From Cenarchaeum symbiont of Oopsacas minuta (GTDB lineage Archaea; Thermoproteota; Nitrososphaeria; Nitrososphaerales; Nitrosopumilaceae): a stretch of DNA of 64,000 nucleotides. The first letter of the stretch is position 1. Every line of letters starts with the position of its first letter. Shown in pieces: positions 1 to 11,100 of this stretch. The translations under genes and the position numbers were made by a program. The stretch covers positions 146,335 through 210,334 of the forward strand of contig JAJIZT010000002.1 in assembly GCA_029948415.1 (NCBI GenBank), given 5' to 3'. The notes under the pieces are model-generated. The model saw only the letters and a program-made list of their open reading frames with translations. It was not told the origin of the DNA and did no database searches.

Positions 1-156
1 CTATATGTTATATCTGCTCAAAAAAAACGCAAGCCAAAGAGACTCTATCCAAAGATTGGCAAGATGTATGAAGATTTAAAGAGAGATTATTTCAAAAAAC
101 CTGATCAATATTATGATAATCTAGATGAAAGATATAATAAAAAACAAAATTGTTAG
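1..156 (+). CDS. 3' end of an unidentified gene running in from the window edge
   Basis: Frame 1 is open from base 1 to TAG at 154-156 (LYVISAQKKRKP...KKQNC*). Confidence 0.45.
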   Translation, partial: LYVISAQKKRKPKRLYPKIGKMYEDLKRDYFKKPDQYYDNLDERYNKKQNC

Positions 157-365
157 AATTTGTCATATCTAGCACGTTCTACATCTCGTTCGTCTTTAGT
201 CTCTTTTTTCCATTCTTTATAGTGTGCTTTGCACAAGAGTGTCTTTTTTTTAGAAGATGCCACATCTAGTCCAGTATTTTCTACTCTTTGCGTATTGATC
301 GAGCGCAGTGCATCATTTTCGCATTCAGATATGTCACATTTTGCACCCTTTCCTACAAGACCCAT
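153..365 (-). CDS. small Cys/His-containing hypothetical protein
   Basis: 70-aa ORF with CxxxxC and CxxH motifs, divergent from S25e. Confidence 0.7.
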   Translation of the reverse strand: MGLVGKGAKCDISECENDALRSINTQRVENTGLDVASSKKKTLLCKAHYKEWKKETKDERDVERARYDKF

Positions 366-449
366 ACTAGGTCATCAGAGTTTGTCATATATATTCTTGA
401 GATGATCTTATCTTGTTTCGTTTATAAAAGGACATGTTGTGCATACATT

Positions 450-755
450 ATGGGTAGTTCCAAGAACAAGTCTGCAGCACAAGTACAAAAATCACAAAAT
501 ACGTCAAAAAAAGGCAAAAAAAACAAAGAAGAATCTTCAAGGCAATCAAGAGCAGAGATTATAGTCACGTTAACTGAGGATCAAGTGCAAAAATACCTCA
601 AAGGTGCAAAAGCAATCACTGCTAGCGATATTGCAAAACAATGTGGCGTAAAAATTTCAGCTGCAAATACATATTTGAATACAGCTATGGCAGATGGTAA
701 AATGACCATAGCTGGTGGACATAGCGGTCATCGAATCTACAAATTGACAGAATAG
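450..755 (+). CDS. rps25e: 30S ribosomal protein S25e
   Basis: Lys-rich N-terminus plus wHTH core (AITASDIAKQCGVKISAA...HRIY); ATG at 450 preferred over the track start at 288. Confidence 0.8.
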   Translation: MGSSKNKSAAQVQKSQNTSKKGKKNKEESSRQSRAEIIVTLTEDQVQKYLKGAKAITASDIAKQCGVKISAANTYLNTAMADGKMTIAGGHSGHRIYKLTE

Positions 756-1117
756 ATAGACATTATATCTCCAGGCTTTACATCAGAGATTATAGACATG
801 TTTTCAGTGATATTTCCAATTGGACTCATTGGTCTGTCAGTTACAATATCTGTAGTAAAGAAACACATACTTCCATTGGATGGTAAAAATGCCACATCAC
901 CTATGGTAAATATAGTTCGTGCACGTTCAATTCCTACGAGTATTGACGATTTTACATATATGATATTTTTTCCCAATCTGTTTGCATTACCTTTGAATGG
1001 AAATGCACGTAACAGTGCACCTACTGTAAGTGGTGCAAGATGGCGCTTTAAGGTTCCTTTCGATGTATGACCATTAACGGATACTGCAAATTGCGTACGG
1101 ATGACAGGATTTACCAT
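737..1117 (-). CDS. cyclophilin-like fold protein (TM1367/DUF369-like)
   Basis: APLTV, GDVAFLP and PIG motifs. Confidence 0.75.
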   Translation of the reverse strand: MVNPVIRTQFAVSVNGHTSKGTLKRHLAPLTVGALLRAFPFKGNANRLGKNIIYVKSSILVGIERARTIFTIGDVAFLPSNGSMCFFTTDIVTDRPMSPIGNITENMSIISDVKPGDIMSIYSVNL

Positions 1118-1318
1118 AAATTCACCACCATGTATTCATCTAGTACAAATTTGATACCAATAGGACTTTTATCATCATTTCTCACGCTTGTTATCAATGG
1201 GAATTTTAGATAATATTGATTCATGTCCACAGTGAGTCCATTGTATTCAAAACCATTTGTAATTAATCTCATTCCAGTTTTTGTTTTGCTCAATATTGGG
1301 GCATTGATGCCTGTTAGT
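1111..1318 (-). pseudogene. possible C-terminal fragment of a gene truncated by the IS/MITE cluster
   Basis: The track ORF 1111..1350 takes its ATG from inside the IS terminal repeat; no recognisable motif. Confidence 0.3.
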
Positions 1319-1337
1319 AATAGACCTTTTGTATAAT

Positions 1338-2732
1338 AGATCTTATGCATATTGACAAAAAAATCAATTATGATGAAACGAAAGATCCAAAATCAAGTGT
1401 AATACACACATGGCATGTGTGATTCAGACAAGCGTATGATTCTCAAACTAGAAAAGAAAAATACCGAATTGAAAGCAGAAATTGAGAAATTTAAAGCAGA
1501 AAGTGAGCAATCTAAAGCAGAATTGCATGATTACAAGAAAGGCAGATTGTCCAATGACACTGTGTTTGATCAGATAATTGATGATGACCAAAACCTTTAC
1601 GCCACTACGGGATTAGAACGTAACGAGTTTGAATGGATCCTTGTACGATTTGAAAATGCTGTTAAAAATTCACCAAATGCACCACGTTTCTCCGAATATG
1701 CCAACGAGTCAGGAAACACATGCATTCTCTCTGTAAGACGAGTCTTGTTTATTGCATTGTCTCGCAAACGCAACAACGAAAAGCAAGAAATATTTGCAGC
1801 ATATGCCCACATTGATCAGAGTACAGTCAGCAGATATCTAGCATTAGCAGATGTGCTGTTGATGAAGATCCTTCCAACTGCCGAAAACATTGCAGCTACA
1901 ATACGGAAAGAACGCACCATCGAAGCGTTTAAAGAATTTGTTCCAGGCAAGAGTGCAGGTGAGCTATATCTTGATGCCACGTTTGTACAGGTTCAAAGAC
2001 CACAGGTAGATCAAAAAAAGGCATACTCTGGAAAACGCAAGCGATATGTGTACAATATCCAGATAACCTCAAACAAAGATGGACTAGTACTTGATGTAGG
2101 CCATCCTGAAGAAGGTTCTGCACACGACATGGAAGTACTACGACGCAATCCACCAAATTTTGGCAAATGGACAAAGAACATGAGAGATCCTAATACAAAA
2201 CAAGAACATCGTATCATACTGTATACAGATAAAGGATATCTTGGTGTAGAGAAAGATTATCCTGGAATAATTTCAAAGCAACCATACAAAAAACCCAAAG
2301 GTTACGAGATGACAGAGACAGATCAGAAATACAATCAAAGAATTAGTCGTAAACGTATTAGAGTAGAGCATGCGATAAACCGACTAAAATGGTTCCGCAG
2401 GATGAGTGCTGTATATGATGATAGCAAGGAAGAGTTTTACAAAGAGATCCAAGTTGTCACTGGGCTGACAAATCTGCACATCCTGTTCAATGACCGCAAG
2501 TATGTCAAACCTATGGAACGAGTCTGTTCTCAAATAAAGTAGCACACCTCTGTGCAACATGCCTGCGCATGATGTTACCGTTTTTGTCATATTTCTGACA
2601 TTTTGATCTGTTTGTAGAACTCTCTCAAGCTTTGATCATACTTGTGACATTTTGATTTGTTTGCTCATGCTTTGATCATGCAGTATCCAGTCAAGAACTG
2701 ATCTAACTTTATTGGTAATATGCATAAGATCT
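1338..2732 (+). mobile_element. IS5-family insertion sequence (DDE_Tnp_4 type), apparently intact
   Basis: Perfect 16-bp TIR AGATCTTATGCATATT at 1338-1353 and 2717-2732; AAT on both flanks; single transposase ORF. Confidence 0.9.
1415..2542 (+). CDS. IS5-family transposase
   Basis: HTH (IDQSTVSR), LDAT, YSGK, GSAHD, TDKGY, RIRVEHAINRLKWFR motifs. Confidence 0.93.
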   Translation: MCDSDKRMILKLEKKNTELKAEIEKFKAESEQSKAELHDYKKGRLSNDTVFDQIIDDDQNLYATTGLERNEFEWILVRFENAVKNSPNAPRFSEYANESGNTCILSVRRVLFIALSRKRNNEKQEIFAAYAHIDQSTVSRYLALADVLLMKILPTAENIAATIRKERTIEAFKEFVPGKSAGELYLDATFVQVQRPQVDQKKAYSGKRKRYVYNIQITSNKDGLVLDVGHPEEGSAHDMEVLRRNPPNFGKWTKNMRDPNTKQEHRIILYTDKGYLGVEKDYPGIISKQPYKKPKGYEMTETDQKYNQRISRKRIRVEHAINRLKWFRRMSAVYDDSKEEFYKEIQVVTGLTNLHILFNDRKYVKPMERVCSQIK

Positions 2733-2821
2733 AATGAATTAATTTTCAAAATTGATGATGTAATTTATGCCTAAAAATTTAACATTTTCAATTTAAAATT
2801 GGATTGTGCACAAGGTCTAAT

Positions 2822-3165
2822 GCAATAAACAAGACTAGTTTTACAAAGAGAATACACGTATTTCCTGGTTCGTTGGCATGTTCGGAGAAACGTGGTTGCA
2901 TCTAGCGAATGTTTGACGGCTTTTTTCAAACTGTGTTGGAATCCATCAACTCGTCTCTAGTTGCATCGTATATCTCTGTCGTTGTCAATTGTGTGATCCA
3001 AAACCTTGTCTGAATGCAATCGAACATTCTCGTCTCTTTTGCGCAGTCTTGTAATATGCTAGATCTGCTTTCAACACTGCAATCCTCTGCTTGTCTGTAA
3101 GATACGTATGTGACACTTTATCTTTTGTTTTATCACAATTGATTTTTTGTCAATATGCAAAGTCT
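2822..3165 (-). pseudogene. decayed 5' part of a second IS5 copy, inverted
   Basis: Reverse complement matches the IS left end (ATTGACAAAAAATCAATT) and the PRFSE..TCIL coding region of 1415..2542, with indels. Confidence 0.8.
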
Positions 3166-4120
3166 ATTCTAGTGGATATGCATCAACGCCGCATGTGTTA
3201 CGGACTGTACGTGCAAATTCATGAGTAAATCCATGTACGGTATATACGGTTTTTGCGCACGACTCTTCAACTATATGTAAAAGTTCCATGTAATCGCAAT
3301 GATCACTATATGCAAACATCTTGTCACATCTATGAGCAAGTTTGTTATTTGACATGGCAGCCCATCCACTAAATCCTATGGTGATTGCACCATACTCTGA
3401 CTTTAGACGTTTTACAAAACTGTTAGTAGATGAAAGCATCGGGGCAACTAAAATCCAAGGACCATTTTGAATGGCATTAGATTTTTCTGCATCGTTGAAA
3501 GATATGGCATCGGGGATATCAGCGCCCAATGATCTACATACGTCGTTGATCTTTTTTATACGTTCGTGATAATAAAGTGGCTTCCAATGTCCGAACATTT
3601 TGCACAAGGTTTGAGCTTTTCCCACCTCATAGCCCATAAGTATGACAGGGATACCACGCGAGTATATTTTAGAGATAAACTGGTTTACTTTTTCCATCAT
3701 CTCTTCTATTGGTGAGAATATGAATTGAGGTTTGCCAAAAGTACATTCGGTGATCAATGTTTTGCACTTTGGAATCTTTGCACCCATAATTCCAGGTCTG
3801 TTACGTGTACAGATATCCGCAGTATAAAATACATCATCAAATAACAGTCCACAGCCACCAAATACGTGACCGCTTGGAATCATCTCGGTGCAGTTATACT
3901 GCAGTATGGTATTTTGAATCAGATTCCCACGAGCTTTGGCAATATCTGCGGTCTCTTTTGTGCACAAAACAGTCCCAGTAGATCTTGTCGATGGGAGATG
4001 ATCGGTATGCGCATGCGATGTAAAATTTATTCCGTTCAAAGCAAGCTTTGGATCCAATCTTATAGAAATTCTACTATTATTACATTCTATTCCATTTGAT
4101 CTCTTTAGTATTTCCACCAT
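3164..4120 (-). CDS. metallo-beta-lactamase/beta-CASP family nuclease
   Basis: SHAHTDH, SGHVFG, ITECTFG, YSDH, VHG motifs. Confidence 0.88.
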   Translation of the reverse strand: MVEILKRSNGIECNNSRISIRLDPKLALNGINFTSHAHTDHLPSTRSTGTVLCTKETADIAKARGNLIQNTILQYNCTEMIPSGHVFGGCGLLFDDVFYTADICTRNRPGIMGAKIPKCKTLITECTFGKPQFIFSPIEEMMEKVNQFISKIYSRGIPVILMGYEVGKAQTLCKMFGHWKPLYYHERIKKINDVCRSLGADIPDAISFNDAEKSNAIQNGPWILVAPMLSSTNSFVKRLKSEYGAITIGFSGWAAMSNNKLAHRCDKMFAYSDHCDYMELLHIVEESCAKTVYTVHGFTHEFARTVRNTCGVDAYPLE

Positions 4121-4290
4121 GTATGCAAATATTATTTGTGATATAAATCAAGATTCAGTATTCAAAAATGTATATCGATGGTAAAGAATTATTCAATCGA
4201 TGATTTGTATAATCATATTTTTGTTTATGATGTGAGAAGATTTTTGGGCATTACTAGCAAAAACGCATAATTAAGAGAGTGTGTTTTGAT

Positions 4291-4914
4291 ATGTACATGC
4301 GCCGTCTTGGAATTCTCATATCTGGACGTGGTAGTAACATGATTGCAATTCTAAAGGCAGTACAAGCTGGAAAAATTCAAGCAATACCGGCAGTGATCAT
4401 ATCAAACAAACCTAATGCGTTGGGTTTAGAGTATGCAAGATCCCACGGAATACCTACCAAAGTCATACAAAGTAAAAATTTTTCTGGAACACGAGACGAA
4501 TATGACAGTTTGATTGAAGATGTGTTAAAAGAGTACAAAGTTTACCCACATAATGGCATAATATGTCTTGCAGGGTTTATGAGAGTACTTGGGCCAAAAT
4601 TTGTTAAACGGTATAAAAATAAAATTCTAAATATACATCCTGCACTACTTCCATCATTTCCAGGAATTGATGCGCAAAAACAAGCTATAGAATACGGCAC
4701 AAAGATATCTGGTTGTACAGTTCATTTTGTAGATGCAAATGTGGATACAGGTCCCATACTTTTACAAGCTATGGTTTTAGTTAATTCTGATGACACAGTA
4801 AAGACACTCTCAGAGAGAATACTTTTAGAAGAGCATAAACTGTATCCAAAAGCCATACAAATGTTATCAACCAAAAGAGTTAGAGTGTATAAAAGAAGAG
4901 TGATCGTATCTTAG
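4291..4914 (+). CDS. purN: phosphoribosylglycinamide formyltransferase
   Basis: ISGRGSN, LAGFM, LNIHPALLP, GCTVHFV..VDTGPI; exact start uncertain. Confidence 0.96.
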   Translation: MYMRRLGILISGRGSNMIAILKAVQAGKIQAIPAVIISNKPNALGLEYARSHGIPTKVIQSKNFSGTRDEYDSLIEDVLKEYKVYPHNGIICLAGFMRVLGPKFVKRYKNKILNIHPALLPSFPGIDAQKQAIEYGTKISGCTVHFVDANVDTGPILLQAMVLVNSDDTVKTLSERILLEEHKLYPKAIQMLSTKRVRVYKRRVIVS

Positions 4915-5225
4915 GATGCACCAAAAAAATACAAAACAACAAGATCTCTAGTATTTTTAGAAAAATTATGCGATGCGCCAGCTGGTACAAAGAACGCTTT
5001 GCCTGGAGAGACAGCATATGTTTTCTGTCTAATGTTCACATATCCATCACCGCTTATAACATAATACACCTCATCGGCATCATGTGGTTCTTGTGTATCT
5101 TTTTGACCTTTTTTTAAACAGAGTATTCCACATTCTAATGTATCCTTTGAGAAAAACGTATGGAATAATTTTCCACTCTTCAAAATTTTTGTAGCATCAG
5201 CATGTACGTCAAATTCAACCTTCAT
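4911..5225 (-). CDS. cupin domain protein
   Basis: PHDADEVYYVISGDG and FVPAGASHNF cupin motifs; start placed at MKVEF. Confidence 0.85.
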   Translation of the reverse strand: MKVEFDVHADATKILKSGKLFHTFFSKDTLECGILCLKKGQKDTQEPHDADEVYYVISGDGYVNIRQKTYAVSPGKAFFVPAGASHNFSKNTRDLVVLYFFGAS

Positions 5226-5399
5226 GCTTTGATCATAGATTAGACATAATAAAGACCAAGTATATACAATTATCTCTACGATCATGTCAAATTTGAAATA
5301 TGTTCCATTCCAACTAGGATATACTCGGTATTTTTTCATCATTTGAACCAAGTGCCTAATGTACAAGGGTATTAAAATAAGAAAAATAACAAAAGATGC

Positions 5400-6263
5400 A
5401 TGGCTGGTGTAAAACTCGACGGTTTGATGGTTGCAGGGCTAGTCAAAGATAGGGTAAAAAGTGCAGTCTCTCATCTAAAAAATGACGGCATCGAACCTTG
5501 CCTTGCAACTGTGCTAGTAGGAGATGATTCAGCATCGGCAACGTACGTACATAACAAACACATAGCATGTTCAAAAGTGGGCATAACCACAAGGGATCAC
5601 AGAATGCCATCAACGACCACAAAAGATGAGCTTGAAGACTTGATAGATGAGCTGAATGCAGATTCAACAGTACATGGAATTCTAGTGCAGATTCCACTGC
5701 CAAAGAGTATCGATGAGTTTATGATAATCTCACGAATATCTCCGCTTAAAGATGTAGATGGACTTACCCCATACAACGTAGGGCTCTTGGCGTATGGTAA
5801 ATCTACGTTTGTTCCATGTACCCCAATGGGCATAATGGAGATATTTGATCATTACAAGATCCCCATATCTAGAATGAATGCTGTGGTAATAAATCGTAGT
5901 GCCCTAGTTGGCAAACCCATACAAAATTTACTTTTAGCAAAAGATGCTACAGTAGCATTATGTCATTCAAAGACAAAAGATCTGCCATCATATACACAAG
6001 AGGCAGACATCATCGTTACTGCAGTTGGAGATAGAGACAAATTTGAGCTAAAACCTGAGATGATAAAAGATGGTGCTGTTGTTATAGACGTAGCAACAAA
6101 CAGACACAACGGGGTACTCTCTGGCGATTGTGACTTTGATAAAATGATACAAAGAGCATCATTTGTAACTCCAGTTCCAGGAGGAGTAGGTCCAATGACT
6201 ATTGCAATGCTGTTAAAGAATACAGTTACTGCAGCATCTTTGAGGCATAGCGTTGAAGATTAA
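5400..6263 (+). CDS. folD: methylenetetrahydrofolate dehydrogenase/cyclohydrolase
   Basis: GILVQIPLP, KDVDG, PCTP, TPVPGGVGPMT. Confidence 0.97.
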   Translation: MAGVKLDGLMVAGLVKDRVKSAVSHLKNDGIEPCLATVLVGDDSASATYVHNKHIACSKVGITTRDHRMPSTTTKDELEDLIDELNADSTVHGILVQIPLPKSIDEFMIISRISPLKDVDGLTPYNVGLLAYGKSTFVPCTPMGIMEIFDHYKIPISRMNAVVINRSALVGKPIQNLLLAKDATVALCHSKTKDLPSYTQEADIIVTAVGDRDKFELKPEMIKDGAVVIDVATNRHNGVLSGDCDFDKMIQRASFVTPVPGGVGPMTIAMLLKNTVTAASLRHSVED

Positions 6264-6810
6264 AAAAAAAGCACTGCGTGAAGAATACATACGACGTAGA
6301 GATGGAATATCTTCAAGTCTTATAAAGATACACTGTGATTTAATACGTTCAAGGCTATCACGTGTGCCAGAATTTTCAGAAGCAAAGACGGTGGCAGGAT
6401 ATCATTCCATTGGTAGTGAAGTTGATACTAGGGATATACTACGTGATCTTCTTGTACGCAATATACGGCTGTGTCTTCCCCTAACAGAGTCTAGTGGTCG
6501 GATGTATTTTATGGAGGTAAAAGATCTTGATTCAGATTTACAGTTGGGAGAGTATGACATTTTAGAGCCACGCCCCACATGTAAGCAGTGTATAAAACAA
6601 GATGTCATACTTGTCCCAGCAGTATGTGTCACGAATAGGTGTCAGAGAATTGGATATGGTATGGGATGTTATGATAGATATTTGAGTAAATGTAATGCAT
6701 TTACAATTGGGCTTGTATTTGAATCACAGATTGTAAAATCTATACCTTTGGAACCTAGTGATGTTCCACTAGATATGATTGTAAGTGAAAGACATACGTA
6801 CAGACGCTAA
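6253..6810 (+). CDS. 5-formyltetrahydrofolate cyclo-ligase
   Basis: SEVDT, ILEP, RIGYGMGCYDRYL motifs; overlaps folD. Confidence 0.92.
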   Translation: MKIKKKALREEYIRRRDGISSSLIKIHCDLIRSRLSRVPEFSEAKTVAGYHSIGSEVDTRDILRDLLVRNIRLCLPLTESSGRMYFMEVKDLDSDLQLGEYDILEPRPTCKQCIKQDVILVPAVCVTNRCQRIGYGMGCYDRYLSKCNAFTIGLVFESQIVKSIPLEPSDVPLDMIVSERHTYRR

Positions 6811-8048
6811 AAGTTTCTAGTTCCAATATCAGTTCGGCAATATTTACTAGGCCACGTTATCTTTGCACATGCATCATATGCACTAGATGCTGCATCGGCA
6901 AGCGTTTTACCCAATGCAGATACTCCAAGTACTCTACCACCGTTTGTCAATATATCTCCGTTTACATTTTTGGTTCCAGCATGGTAAACATTTACAGAGT
7001 CTTTCACATTTAATATTCCATTTATTGGTTCACCTATAGGGAATTTTTTTGGATATCCGCATGATGCCAATACCACGCAAACTGCACTTTGAGGTTTCCA
7101 CCTCAAAGATGGCATCTTTGCTAGAGTGCCTTTTGTACACGCCTCTATATATTCAAAGAGATCAAAATCCATGCGAGGTAATATCGCCTGACATTCAGGA
7201 TCACCCATTCGGACATTAAATTCTAAAACGTATGGCTTATCGTTTTCAAAGATCACTCCAGCGTATAAAAATCCAGTAAACGGATAGCCTTCAGATTTCA
7301 TTCCATTTACAGTCTTTACCATTATTTCATTGAGAATCTTTTCGTGTTTTTCATCAATTATAGCTGGCGAATATGCTCCCATTCCTCCTGTATTTGGACC
7401 AGTGTTACCATCTCCAATGCGTTTATGATCTTGGCTAGTTGCAAGAGGAATATGATTTGCGCCATCACATATTGCAATAAACGACATCTCTGGACCCATT
7501 ATACGCTTTTCAACTAGTATGCGCGTACCAGCATCGCCGAACTTGCCTCCAAGAATATCTCTTATCGATGTGACTGTCTGCTCTTTTCCATCACATACAA
7601 TGACTCCTTTGCCAGATGCTAGTCCATCAGCTTTGACGACTAGATGATAATCAAGTTTTTCAGCAAATTTTAGAGCACTCTCTGCATCTTTAAAGACGCC
7701 ATATTCAGCAGTAGGTATTTTATGGCGCAGCATAAAATCTTTAGCCCACGACTTGCTTGATTCAAGTCTTGATGCAGCCTTTGTTGGTGCAAATATAGGT
7801 AGATTTTTTTTTGTAAACTCATCGGCAATACCTGCTGCAATGGGTGTTTCAGGTCCTACTATGGTAAAACATTCATTCTCTGATGCAAAATCTCCGAGTG
7901 CGCCAATATCTGTATCTTTGATCGATATATTGTTCAAAGTTCCACCATTTCCTGGTGCTACATATACGCGCTCTAATTTTGGGCTAGTTTGTAATGCACG
8001 CGCAATAGCGTGTTCTCGTCCGCCAGAGCCGACAACGAGTGCGTTCAC
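6807..8048 (-). CDS. purD: phosphoribosylamine--glycine ligase
   Basis: GSGGREHA, KADGLASGKGV, GPNTGGMG, EFNVRMGDPE. Confidence 0.97.
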   Translation of the reverse strand: MNALVVGSGGREHAIARALQTSPKLERVYVAPGNGGTLNNISIKDTDIGALGDFASENECFTIVGPETPIAAGIADEFTKKNLPIFAPTKAASRLESSKSWAKDFMLRHKIPTAEYGVFKDAESALKFAEKLDYHLVVKADGLASGKGVIVCDGKEQTVTSIRDILGGKFGDAGTRILVEKRIMGPEMSFIAICDGANHIPLATSQDHKRIGDGNTGPNTGGMGAYSPAIIDEKHEKILNEIMVKTVNGMKSEGYPFTGFLYAGVIFENDKPYVLEFNVRMGDPECQAILPRMDFDLFEYIEACTKGTLAKMPSLRWKPQSAVCVVLASCGYPKKFPIGEPINGILNVKDSVNVYHAGTKNVNGDILTNGGRVLGVSALGKTLADAASSAYDACAKITWPSKYCRTDIGTRNF

Positions 8049-8186
8049 AAGTGTGAATCTCTCTTGCCCGTATATAATCCAACAAACAGACTAGTTGCAA
8101 ATATCTAGTACATGGTATATCCTGATTAAAATTTCACATACAATCAATATGTATTCACTCGTAGAGAATCTAAAAGACTAATTTAG

Positions 8187-11100
8187 ATGGCATATACACT
8201 TGCCCTAGTAGTAATGACACTTGATAAATTTGATCTAGAGGAGATAGAGATGCAAGCTCGCAAGAGACTAGATGGATCGGAACTGCGCACTAGACTAAAG
8301 ACCTCGAGGGCAGGTGGACCAAAGATGCGTTTTGTAGAAGGGCCACCCACAATGAATGGGACACCACATGCAGGTCATATGCGCGGTAGAGTGATAAAAG
8401 ATCTTTGGTTCAGATATAGTACACTTTGTGGTGCAGATGTAAAATTTGTAGCAGGTTGGGATACGCAAGGACTTCCAGTAGAGTTGCAGGCAGAAAAGGA
8501 GTTAAAGATAACAGGTGGTAAAAAAGGCATAGAATCATTTGGTATAGAGTCTCTTGTTAAAGAATGCAAGCGTTTGGTACAAGATTACAACAAAAAATGG
8601 ACAAGTGTGGATAAACAGATAGGCATCTCTTTTGATTATGATTCTGCATACTGGACAATGTATGATGAATATATCGAAAGAGAGTGGAAAGTTTTGCAAC
8701 GAGCAAACGAGAGAGGAATATTGGAGTTGGATTATACGGTGATCGCATATTGTCCTGGATGTCAAACTTCGCTAAGCCATGCAGAGGTCAATCAGAGATA
8801 TGAAGAGGTAAGTGACCCTTCAATGTACTACAAGGTAAGATTCAAAGATAACGATGCATATGCAATAGTGTGGACCACGATGCCTTTTACAATGGTCACC
8901 GATGCGATGATTGGATTTAATCCAAAAGGGGTGTACAAATTTGTCAAGGTTGGTAATGAGACATGGATAGTCGGCGAAGAGATGTTGGAAGATGTTATGA
9001 GGGCTGCAAAGATCGACGAATATAATGAGATTAAAACCGAAAAAGGATCCTTCTTTGAAGGCATAAAGTACGAGCATCCACTACTTGATGCTATACCCGA
9101 GCTTGGAAAATTTGTTACAGAGAAAGGGTATCATATCGCAGTAGCAGAAGAGTTTGTCGATACTGCAAGTGGTAGTGGAATCGTACATCTATCTCCTGCA
9201 AATGGAGAAGAGGATATACACATAGCCGAGAAGAGAGGTATTCCAGTATTTTGCCCCATAGATGAAGAGGTAAAATTTACAAAAGATGCAGGAGAGTATG
9301 CAGGTCTATTTGTGCGCGATGCTGACAAGATCATAGTAGAGGATCTGCGCTCGCGTGGCGCACTTGTTGCATTACACAAAAAAAGACACAAGTATCCACT
9401 CTGCTGGCGTTCTAGTCATCGTATCGTGTGGCTTGCTAGAAGAGGATGGTTTTACAAGCTTGAAAAACTTGAAGAGTTGGCAGTAGATGCGGCAAAAAAT
9501 GTCGAATATTTTTATGATCAGCCAAAGAATCGATTTTTAGCAATTGTGGGCGAGAAACATCCATGGTGCATATCGCGCGAAAGGTATTGGGGGTGCCCAA
9601 TTCCAGCATGGAACTGTACTGATTGTGGTAATACTGACTGGTTTTATTCACGTGAGCAGATAATCCAAGCAGCATCGCACCTTCCAGATGGCAAAAACTT
9701 TGAGCTGCATCGACCATGGATAGACCGTGTGAGAATAAAATGCTCAAAATGTGGCAGTGTAAATACGAATAGAGAGCCGTATGTGTTGGATACATGGCAC
9801 AACAGCGGAGCTGCACCATTTGCATCTGCAAACGATCTAGAATACAAAGAATCGATTCCCGTACCATTTCTTACAGAAGGGATAGATCAGACACGTGGAT
9901 GGGCATATACCCTACTGATAGAGAATGTCATACTAAGTGGTAAAGCTCAAGCTCCGTTTGCATCATTTCTGTTCCAAGGACATGTTCTTGATGAAAAAGG
10001 TGGTAAGATGAGCAAGAGTCTTGGAAATGTCATAGATGCAGCAGAGATGATAAAAGAAAATTCTGCAGATCTTTTGCGCCTATATTTTACTTTAAAGTCA
10101 AGCCCCATCGAACCATTAAGCTTTAGTGCAAAAGAGATGCACACTAGATCATATCAGATACTTAGTACTTTGTATCATATGCATCTGTATTTTGAACAAA
10201 ATAGTACGTACGATGGATACGATCCGTTAAAGCATACTGTATCTTGGGCAAAAGAAAATAATCTGCTCCAGTCTCCAGATGTTTGGATATTATCAAAATT
10301 GCAGGGACTCTCAAAACAGATCAGTGAGCATTATTCTACTTGTCGTTTTCATGAAGCAGCACGTAAGATAGATGAGTTTGTGATCGGCATGTTGAGCCAA
10401 GTTTATGTTCCAATTACACGTCAAGAGATTTGGGACGAGAGTGATTCGAATAAAGATCGTAGACTAGCAATATATGCTACACTAGGAGAGATACTTTATT
10501 CTCTCAACATAATGTTACATCCAATCTGCCCGTTCATTACAGACTATCTTTATGGACAGGTATTTGGCAAAAAGGATAACATTCTACTTCAGCTATGGCC
10601 AAAGGTACGAGATGAACTTGTCGATAAAAAGACCGAAGATGCATTTGACATACTACGGCTAGCCATCTCAGTTGGTGGAGCTGCTAGAATGAACGGAAAT
10701 TTAAAGCGAAGATGGCCTCTTGATGATGCCATCGTTTACCTTCCAAAAGGTCAAAAGGAGCAGATTGAAGGGCATTTGGAACTATTACGCTCACTTCTCA
10801 ACGTAGAAAAAGTATCTGTTTTAGAGTATATAGGGGATGCAGGTTTGGAGCAGCTAGTCGGACTTCAAAAAGTAAGAGCTCCCATACTTGCAACAGCAGA
10901 ACTCAATCACAAAAAGATAGGACCGCGTGCAAGAGAGTTTATGCCAGAGATGATAGATGTATTTAATTCGACAGATAAACAGGCAATGGCTGAAGAGATC
11001 TCAAAGAATTCAAGATATGTATTTCTGCTAGGTGATAACAGTCACGAGGTTGTGATAACCTCAGATGATGTAGAGTTTGGTTTTGAATCAAAAGATGATT

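Larger units (their letters stand above)
1322..2818. mobile_element. IS5-related MITE-like shell (about 100 bp) interrupted by the full IS5 element
   Basis: Imperfect inverted repeats AGACCTTTTGTATAAT (1322) and ATTGTGCACAAGGTCT (ends 2818), each flanked by AAT. Confidence 0.55.

Noticed and set aside
288..449. N-terminal extension of S25e in the ORF track
   Set aside because: Overlaps the divergent gene and promoter region; ATG 450 gives a normal-sized protein. Track starts for the cupin, GT2, msrA, ABC-binding protein and HNH nuclease were trimmed for similar reasons.
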